Part shown: positions 55,265 to 62,171 of the stretch, piece by piece
How positions within the stretch are numbered: the first letter of the stretch is position 1
Layout of the letters: the number at the start of each line of letters is the position of its first letter
Sequence record: LR756508.1
Length of the DNA stretch: 64,000 nt
Reading direction: 5' to 3' (one strand)
Notes under the pieces: generated by a model
Told to the model about the DNA's origin: nothing
The model's input: the letters and a program-made list of their open reading frames with translations, nothing else
Database searches by the model: none
Position numbers and translations under genes: made by a program

Positions 55265-55462
55265 ATTGACGTTTTCCGTCACTTTAGAAACCACAAGTTT
55301 TTTTGGCTGTTTTCTTATTGTGGTTTTTGCACGAAATCATATTTCGTAATAGGTTTTCACGACTGGTCGGATTGGAAAGAGGTTGACAGAGAAACGAAGG
55401 ACTGGACTCACATTAAAAGATGCAAAAAATGCGGACTGTTAAAATTTGATGAAAAAAGTTGA
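55265..55462 (+). CDS. Small Cys/His-rich hypothetical protein (possible ATT start)
   Basis: IDVFRHF...CGFC...IGFHDWSDW...RCKKCG; no ATG/GTG/TTG in frame after the TAA at 55202. Confidence 0.5.
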   Translation: MDVFRHFRNHKFFWLFSYCGFCTKSYFVIGFHDWSDWKEVDRETKDWTHIKRCKKCGLLKFDEKS

Positions 55463-55466
55463 TAAT

Positions 55467-55748
55467 ATGATAAAACTTTCCTCGAAAAATTACGTTTTCG
55501 GCGGAGTGTGCGGTGGACTTGCTGAACACTTTGATATTGATGTTTTTCTCTGTAGGGGTATGGCCGTATTTTTGTTTTTCGTTGAGCCTCTTGCTGTCTT
55601 ACTTAGTTACTTTATACTTTACCTGGTTCTGCCTAAGCAGAACCTTCCGAATAAAACTACGAAAGAGGCGATAAACAGTATGAATAACGGCAGATACAAC
55701 GAGTATTCCTCTGTTGATGAAATGAAGAAAGAAATAATAGGCAAGTGA
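55467..55748 (+). CDS. PspC-domain membrane protein
   Basis: VFGGVCGGLAEHFDID...YFILYLVLP. Confidence 0.85.
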   Translation: MIKLSSKNYVFGGVCGGLAEHFDIDVFLCRGMAVFLFFVEPLAVLLSYFILYLVLPKQNLPNKTTKEAINSMNNGRYNEYSSVDEMKKEIIGK

Positions 55749-55840
55749 AGGAGAGTAGAAAAACTCCAAAAGAGAATTTTCCTCGCGCCGACAAGAGTAA
55801 AGTATCTTAAAGCTTCCAGAGATGAATTGAATAGAAGAGT

Positions 55841-56755
55841 ATGTTTAAACGGGTAAGTAACCAAGATTATACTGTTACGCCTTATGAAGCCAATAAAAAA
55901 TTTATAATCGAGGAAGGGCACGAATACGTTACTACACATTACGGAGTAAACTATCCTGACCACTATTACTGGGATGAGGACACCGAATACGAGAACTCAG
56001 GCGAAAGTACGAGCGTTAGAAACGTCTATAATTTAGTAAACCACTTCTATTATAGGAGCGACGAACCTTACCAGCGCTTTGCAATAGAAAAGCAGGAAGA
56101 GATTGATCTATCTTTTTTTCCTACCGATCCACTCGAATCCATATCTGTTTTGAACATATCTCGCCAGCTTTTCGGAAAAAAAGTTCGTCCAGGTTCCTTT
56201 GAAATTTACTTCGAGTTTGAAGCAGATCCATCTGTCAATTTTATCGTCACTGGAGACGGCAATGGAAACTTGTTTATAGGCGATAAGCAGGTTGGAAATA
56301 TTTTTTATGCAAATGGACTTGCCGTGTTTTTTTGGAAAGAGATTTACGACAAACCCAGCTCAAGTGCTTTTGAAGACAAAGATCTTAACTTTCAAAACAC
56401 AAATTTCCTTGGGCACGTTTCGAACTTCGAATATCTATTCACGTTTTTCGATTGGAAGTTAACGTTTGATAGTACGGTAAGAAGATACGAGCATGAAGTT
56501 GCCTGTACGGTAGATCCTGGCGAATTCAATGGAGTTACGAATCCAACAGTAATCAATGAAAATGGCGAAGCCATTGATTATTATAAAGGAGAAGTAGAAG
56601 ACAAGGATGGAGATCAGATCGATTTTTCACCTTTTATTACGACCGTTGGACTTTACGACGAATTTTTGAATTTGATAGCAGTTGGCAAACTTTCCAGGCC
56701 AATTCGAAAACCGGATGACATTCCAATTACATTCATCGTTGAATTTGACACTTGA
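55841..56755 (+). CDS. Virion structural protein, paralogue of the 52150-53598 C-terminus
   Basis: FNGVTNPT, TTVGLYDEFLNLIAVGKLSRPIRK...VEFDT. Confidence 0.65.
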   Translation: MFKRVSNQDYTVTPYEANKKFIIEEGHEYVTTHYGVNYPDHYYWDEDTEYENSGESTSVRNVYNLVNHFYYRSDEPYQRFAIEKQEEIDLSFFPTDPLESISVLNISRQLFGKKVRPGSFEIYFEFEADPSVNFIVTGDGNGNLFIGDKQVGNIFYANGLAVFFWKEIYDKPSSSAFEDKDLNFQNTNFLGHVSNFEYLFTFFDWKLTFDSTVRRYEHEVACTVDPGEFNGVTNPTVINENGEAIDYYKGEVEDKDGDQIDFSPFITTVGLYDEFLNLIAVGKLSRPIRKPDDIPITFIVEFDT

Positions 56756-56811
56756 TTTTGGAAGAGAATTTAAACTTGAGCATCTTAGCTTAACTGCTCA
56801 AAGATATTTAT

Positions 56812-58166
56812 AGACACGTTCAAGAAATCCCATGGCTTTAACCGAGGGATGAATTGAACCACTTTAAGTTTTTAATTGTATGCATAAAGTAAGAAAACTA
56901 AAAATTAAAGATTCTGAAGATCTTGAAGAGCAGCTTGACGAGCTTGCGTCGGCTTCCGCAGACCTGTGGAACACGATCTGCACCTGGTACTGGCGCACGG
57001 TCGACCGGCAAAAGCACAGGCTCAGCCAGGGAGCGATGATGAGGTGGCACTGCAAAGACCATCCAGATTTTCACAGCCAAACTGCACAAGCCGTGGTTGA
57101 TCAGTTTTACAGTTCGATCAAGAGCTGGCAAGCTAAAGGTCCACAGAGCAAGCCACCGCTTGACCGAGAGAAAGACTGGAACAAGATCTGCTGGAAGTCC
57201 CAGGCCATCAAACTTCGAAGCGACGGACAACTGCGCCTATCGAACGGACGTGACAACGATCCAGTTTTGATCGATTGGCCCGTCGATGAGAAGCCAGTCT
57301 ACGTCGAGATCGGATGGAATCAAGGCTTTGAGGTCAGAGCCACATACAAAACTGAAGCTGAAGACAGGACGACAGGCAACAAAATAGCTGGCGTCGACCT
57401 GGGCGAAAAGCACCTGGCTGCAGTTGCCACTGAGGAAGACAGTTTTCTTTTGAATGGAGGAAAATTGCGAGCGATAAGAAAGTATCAAAACCAGACGAAA
57501 GCAAAATTACAAGAAAAAATCAGCCGAAAAGAAAGAGGATCGAATCGCTGGAGGAAGCTGGTCAAGTCCAAAAACAAACAGCTTGATCACCTGGACAGCA
57601 AGATCACGGATCTTCTGCACAAGCTTTCCCGAAAGCTGATCGACATGCTCCTTGAGCGAGGTGTGTCGACAGTGGTTATCGGTGAGTTGAAGGGAATCCG
57701 AGATCATATTGACTACGGTCAATATATGAACCAAAGGCTCCACCAGTGGGCACACGGCAAGTTTAAAGACTACATCGAGTACAAAGCGAAGCAAAACGGC
57801 ATTGACGTTGAATACATCGATGAGAGTTACACATCTCAAACGTGTCCTCGATGTGAAACTGCAAAAGAGTCTCACAAGAATGGAAGGCAGTTCGAGTGCT
57901 CAAACTGCAGCTATGAAGCCCAGAGAGATTCAGTTGGAGCCTGGAACATTCGAAAAAAGTATGTCAGCGAGGATACGGATCAGAGCGTGTCTAGCTGTCT
58001 ACCTGGAGCGATGGCGTCTCCCTCGGGAGTGCGATACCACTCGCACATCCCGTGTAGCTCGCGAAGCAAGGACCTCTGCATGCCAAGTCCGAGCTAAGAA
58101 CGCGAGAAAGATGTTTTGGAAGTAAGTAAAGCAGAATCCCCTCGCTTTAGCGAGGAGAGATGTCAA
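56812..58166 (+). mobile_element. tnpB-only IS200/IS605-family element 3
   Basis: TTTAT target 56807-56811, left-end hairpin ATCCC..GGGAT plus GAATTGAAC, right-end hairpin CTCGC-TTTA-GCGAG and terminal TCAA; higher GC than the flanks. Confidence 0.85.
56880..58097 (+). CDS. tnpB: RNA-guided endonuclease TnpB (IS605-type, distinct clade)
   Basis: GVDLGEKH, VIGEL, YTSQTCPRC, CSNC, QRDSVGAWNI. Confidence 0.92.
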   Translation: MHKVRKLKIKDSEDLEEQLDELASASADLWNTICTWYWRTVDRQKHRLSQGAMMRWHCKDHPDFHSQTAQAVVDQFYSSIKSWQAKGPQSKPPLDREKDWNKICWKSQAIKLRSDGQLRLSNGRDNDPVLIDWPVDEKPVYVEIGWNQGFEVRATYKTEAEDRTTGNKIAGVDLGEKHLAAVATEEDSFLLNGGKLRAIRKYQNQTKAKLQEKISRKERGSNRWRKLVKSKNKQLDHLDSKITDLLHKLSRKLIDMLLERGVSTVVIGELKGIRDHIDYGQYMNQRLHQWAHGKFKDYIEYKAKQNGIDVEYIDESYTSQTCPRCETAKESHKNGRQFECSNCSYEAQRDSVGAWNIRKKYVSEDTDQSVSSCLPGAMASPSGVRYHSHIPCSSRSKDLCMPSPS

Positions 58167-58214
58167 AGATTTGATTCTATCACTCAAAAATAATCAACAG
58201 TTTTAAAACAAATT

Positions 58215-58514
58215 ATGACTGAACTAAAACCCGAAAAAGACTTTGTTCTAGTAGAAGAAGACGACACGAATAACAGAACTGAGGCAGGGCTTTTCATTCC
58301 TCAAGGATCGCAAGAAGCAGATATTCGGTATGGAACAGTCCTGGACTATGGTCCAGGCCGATACGAGCACGGCGAATTTGTCGAAGTTGACCGAGAAGAA
58401 GGTGAAAAAGTAGCGTGGAAAGGGTTTAACCACGTGGAAGTTCGGTTTGGGGGAGAAGAGTATATTCTTGTTCCCGATGACAGCATTATCGCTACAGTAA
58501 GTGAGGAAGAATAA
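58215..58514 (+). CDS. groES: Co-chaperonin GroES (gp31-like)
   Basis: LKPEKDFVLV, TEAGLFIP, GTVLDYGPG. Confidence 0.9.
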   Translation: MTELKPEKDFVLVEEDDTNNRTEAGLFIPQGSQEADIRYGTVLDYGPGRYEHGEFVEVDREEGEKVAWKGFNHVEVRFGGEEYILVPDDSIIATVSEEE

Positions 58515-58613
58515 CCTCTCTTTTCTGGCATTTATTAAGCTGGTCTTGTTTACCAGTTGAACTCAAATCGATTTTCACGTCTCCGTGTGAAAGCGGAGAT
58601 GCTCTAATATAAA

Positions 58614-59180
58614 TTGAAAGAACGCTTTGTGAAAGTATGTGGTCTTGATCTAAGTACTTCTGTTGTAGGTTACTCAATCTTCGAGGATAAAAAACTAGTT
58701 TCTTATAACTGGTATAAATTTAATAAACCTAGTGACTACGAGCTGATTGACCTCGTTGAACAATTCGATGAAGAGGTCTGGCCAGAAATTAACGAGTGTG
58801 ATACCGTTGTCTTAGAAGACAGCCTGAAAAAGTATCAAGGTGGTTTTTCAAGCAGAAAAACAATTACTGTTCTGCTTCAGTTTAATGCTATTATTGAGTA
58901 CGAACTGAGAAAAAGGTTAGGAAAAGAATGTCTTACAAAACTTCACCCTGCAACGGCCAAAAAAGAGTCTTTTCTTGGAAGGGGGAGAGTTCCTTCAAGC
59001 TATGAAAGCCCTTGGAGCACTTACGATGACGGTAAAGCCTGGGTTATCGAAAATGCAGAAAAACATTTTGAAAATTTTGAAATTAATTATACGCATTCTG
59101 ACAACCCAAAACCTGGTACAGATGACTGCTCAGATTCTATAGTCTTGGCTAACGCTTTTTTGAATGAAGAGGTTGAATAA
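58614..59180 (+). CDS. RuvC-like Holliday junction resolvase
   Basis: GLDLSTSVVGY, VVLED, DDCSDSI. Confidence 0.8.
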   Translation: MKERFVKVCGLDLSTSVVGYSIFEDKKLVSYNWYKFNKPSDYELIDLVEQFDEEVWPEINECDTVVLEDSLKKYQGGFSSRKTITVLLQFNAIIEYELRKRLGKECLTKLHPATAKKESFLGRGRVPSSYESPWSTYDDGKAWVIENAEKHFENFEINYTHSDNPKPGTDDCSDSIVLANAFLNEEVE

Positions 59181-59183
59181 CAG

Positions 59184-59579
59184 ATGGAGTTCAGTGATAT
59201 TGTTAACTATTTGATAGAGCAGAAAGAGGAGTCCGAAGACTTTAATGTTCCTGGATACCCTGACCTGCCTATCGAAGATTCTCCACCTGAAATTAAAAAA
59301 CTTCTTCGAAGAATTGTAAATGAAAAGTCGGAGGAAGAAATCAAAAGTCAAATCCTCCTCTATCAAGTCTTAGGTTCAGGTACTCCCCAGTATAAAATGA
59401 GTAAGGAGGACTCAGAATACACCGACCAGTCTTCAGGAAAACAAAAGTGTATAAACTGCGAGTTTTTGTACCAGAAAGTTCCGAGTGGAGAATATATCTG
59501 TTCGCAGATTAGAGGGAAAGTCAAGCCTGAAGGATGGTGTAATCAATGGAAGAAGGCAGATGCTCTTAAAACCGGTTAA
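59184..59579 (+). CDS. Protein with C-terminal HiPIP-like Fe-S domain
   Basis: Y..Q...QKCINCEF...CSQIRGKVKPEGWCNQW. Confidence 0.65.
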   Translation: MEFSDIVNYLIEQKEESEDFNVPGYPDLPIEDSPPEIKKLLRRIVNEKSEEEIKSQILLYQVLGSGTPQYKMSKEDSEYTDQSSGKQKCINCEFLYQKVPSGEYICSQIRGKVKPEGWCNQWKKADALKTG

Positions 59580-59588
59580 CTCATAAGA

Positions 59589-60536
59589 ATGAACGAACGA
59601 CTTCTTGATCTTTTGAGATCGGTTCTTGGAGAATATAAAAAACTTAACGGCGGCGAGTTTTCATTCAAATCTCCCTTTAAAAGACACAGGAAGAAAAAAC
59701 TTCAAATCCAACTTGATCCTAAGTCGGGGCGGTTTGGGTATTGGAACGATTGGATTACTGAAAACAGTGGGAAGAGCCTATTTTCACTTTTTAAGAAGCT
59801 GGATGTAAGTCAAAAAAAGTTCGACAGACTTTCAGATCTAGTAGATCGCCCAGATTATAACTTTTCTAATGGGAGTGGTGATGACAAAGAAGAAAATAAA
59901 AATGTTACCCTGCCACCTGAATTTACTCCACTATGGAAAAAACAAAACACCCCAGAGTACAAACATGCTCTCAAACACATTCATAGCAGGGGTTTAAGGG
60001 AGTATGAGATTATAAAGTATCAAATTGGTTATTGTGAAACCGGAGAGTATAAAAATAGAATAGTTATTCCTTCTTTTGATTTGGACGGAAGGTTAAACTA
60101 TTTTGTAGCCAGAACTTTTTTTGACGATTTTCTAAAGTATAAAAATCCTTCACACCCAAAAGACGGTCTCGTCGGGTTTGAAAACCTCTTGTCTTGGAAT
60201 TACCCAGTCGTTATTACTGAAGGAGCATTTGATGCTATAGCAGTTCGGAGAAACGCAGTTCCCCTTTTTGGAAGTCAATTAAGCGACGGTCTTTTACGTA
60301 AAATTGTCGAAGAAAAGCCACCTGAGATAATTATCGCCTTGGATAGCGATGCCAAAAACAAGGCTCTAAAAATAGCCCAAAAGCTCTTGGATTTTGAAGT
60401 TGACGTTTCTATTGTTCGTTTTCCTGAGGAAACTGATCCATCCGACCTTGGATTCGGAAAAGTCTGGGAGTTTATCGAAAAAAGAGATCCAGTCAACTTT
60501 GAGAATATGGTTCGCTTCAAACTAATTGATTCTTGA
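59589..60536 (+). CDS. DNA primase (DnaG/Toprim)
   Basis: RIVIPSFD, YFVAR, KYKNP, ITEGAFDA, IALDSDA. Confidence 0.88.
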   Translation: MNERLLDLLRSVLGEYKKLNGGEFSFKSPFKRHRKKKLQIQLDPKSGRFGYWNDWITENSGKSLFSLFKKLDVSQKKFDRLSDLVDRPDYNFSNGSGDDKEENKNVTLPPEFTPLWKKQNTPEYKHALKHIHSRGLREYEIIKYQIGYCETGEYKNRIVIPSFDLDGRLNYFVARTFFDDFLKYKNPSHPKDGLVGFENLLSWNYPVVITEGAFDAIAVRRNAVPLFGSQLSDGLLRKIVEEKPPEIIIALDSDAKNKALKIAQKLLDFEVDVSIVRFPEETDPSDLGFGKVWEFIEKRDPVNFENMVRFKLIDS

Positions 60537-60537
60537 G

Positions 60538-61257
60538 ATGAGTAAAATTAAAGACCTAAATCTTGGTTTTGATAAAATTGAAAGAATTCATCATTTAGCT
60601 GACATTCATTTCAGAAACTTTAGTAGGCACAAAGAATATGAAACTGTTCTAAACAGACTATATAAAAAAATCAATAAAAACGCAAATGAAAATAGCTTAA
60701 TTACAATTCTGGGAGACGTCGCCCACTCAAAAACTGATATGTCTCCTGAACTGATCAAATACACGTCCGAGTTCTTGACTAAATTAGAGTCTATTCGTCC
60801 AGTCCTTCTTATTCCAGGAAATCATGACGCTATAATCCAAAATGCAGGGAGACTGGATGCTTTAACGCCCATCGTAGAAAATTTAAGTCTTAATGACCTA
60901 AGATATATTAAAGAGCCTGGACTTTTTAAAGTTGGCGATACGGTATTTTCGCATTTCTCAATTTACGGTGAAAACTCAGATTACGTTCCTGCCTCTGAGA
61001 TTCCTGATAAATATCGGAAAGTAGTTTTATATCATGGAACTGTAGATCGTTCAGTTACCGATCAAGGTTATGTCTTAAAAAACAAAGACATGACAGAAAT
61101 GAAGTTTGTAGGCTTTAATATAGCTTTACTCGGAGATATCCACAAACGGCAAAAGGTTTCAGAATATGAAGTAGAAGAAATGGTTGTAGAAGAAGACGAG
61201 TTAGAAAAGTATCTCAATTCGGGTTGGAAGTTAGATGAGAATTTAGATGATTACTAA
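60538..61257 (+). CDS. SbcD/Mre11-like nuclease, N-terminal part of a split gene
   Basis: ADIH, LGDVAH, GNHD, YHG, GDIH motifs. Confidence 0.85.
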   Translation: MSKIKDLNLGFDKIERIHHLADIHFRNFSRHKEYETVLNRLYKKINKNANENSLITILGDVAHSKTDMSPELIKYTSEFLTKLESIRPVLLIPGNHDAIIQNAGRLDALTPIVENLSLNDLRYIKEPGLFKVGDTVFSHFSIYGENSDYVPASEIPDKYRKVVLYHGTVDRSVTDQGYVLKNKDMTEMKFVGFNIALLGDIHKRQKVSEYEVEEMVVEEDELEKYLNSGWKLDENLDDY

Positions 61258-62164
61258 AAAATGTAAGAACTGCGAAGAACCATTTAAGACTTATAAAAGT
61301 AAAGATAATAAGTTTTGTTGTCAAGATTGCTATTCGGAGTGGTGCGATAAGAAAAAAGAAGAAGTTTGTGATGAATGCGGCAGTAAATTTAAGAGAATCA
61401 GAGAATCACAAAAATATTGCTCAAAAGAATGTAGCGGCAAAGCGCAGCGAACGGTAGAGAGAATTCAGAAAGAGTGTCCAACCTGTGAAACTAACTTTGA
61501 GACTGTTGATGCATACTATGGAAAAGATTATTGCTCCGTTGAATGTGCAAATGAATCCTTTTCTGAGAGATTCAAAGGAAAAAATTTACATAGTGAGGAA
61601 CATAAAGAATATATGAGTGAGTTGATGACTGGAAGAGAGATAACCTGGAAAGATGAAATAAAGAAAAACCACTGGTCTAAAACAGATAAGGCTGAAGAAG
61701 TCATTGAGAAGAGAAGAAAAACAATGAACAAAAAGTCCGAAAAAGAGTTAAGAGAAATCTATGACAAAATTTCAAAGTCAAATATAAGACATATAGAAAA
61801 AAATGGACATGGCACAATTTGGAAGCATTGTGAGACTGGATATTATAAATCAAAGAAAACAGAAGTAGAAGAGTATTATCACTCTTCGTATGAGAAAACT
61901 CGAATGGAGGAGCTAGATGAAAACTCGAATGTTGACTTTTGGACAAAAGATCATAATATTGTCTTAAAGTATAAGTTGGATGGGAGAGTAAGAAGGTATA
62001 TCCCTGATTTTTTCATCGAGTATCAGAGTCAAAATGTTTTAGAAGAAGTAAAGGGGTGGGTTAGAGATGAGGAGATGTTTGACTCTAAGAAAAAAACTGC
62101 TTTAGAGTTTTGTAGGAATAGAGATATGTGTTTTGTGGTTAATTTTATGGACCATTTAGACTAG
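61247..62164 (+). CDS. Free-standing endonuclease (Zn-finger repeats + NUMOD3-like + TnsA-like PD-(D/E)XK)
   Basis: CxxC...(F/Y)CSxEC repeats; HSSYE, YIPDFFIEY, LEEVKG. Confidence 0.8.
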   Translation: MITKKCKNCEEPFKTYKSKDNKFCCQDCYSEWCDKKKEEVCDECGSKFKRIRESQKYCSKECSGKAQRTVERIQKECPTCETNFETVDAYYGKDYCSVECANESFSERFKGKNLHSEEHKEYMSELMTGREITWKDEIKKNHWSKTDKAEEVIEKRRKTMNKKSEKELREIYDKISKSNIRHIEKNGHGTIWKHCETGYYKSKKTEVEEYYHSSYEKTRMEELDENSNVDFWTKDHNIVLKYKLDGRVRRYIPDFFIEYQSQNVLEEVKGWVRDEEMFDSKKKTALEFCRNRDMCFVVNFMDHLD

Positions 62165-62171
62165 ATTGTTT

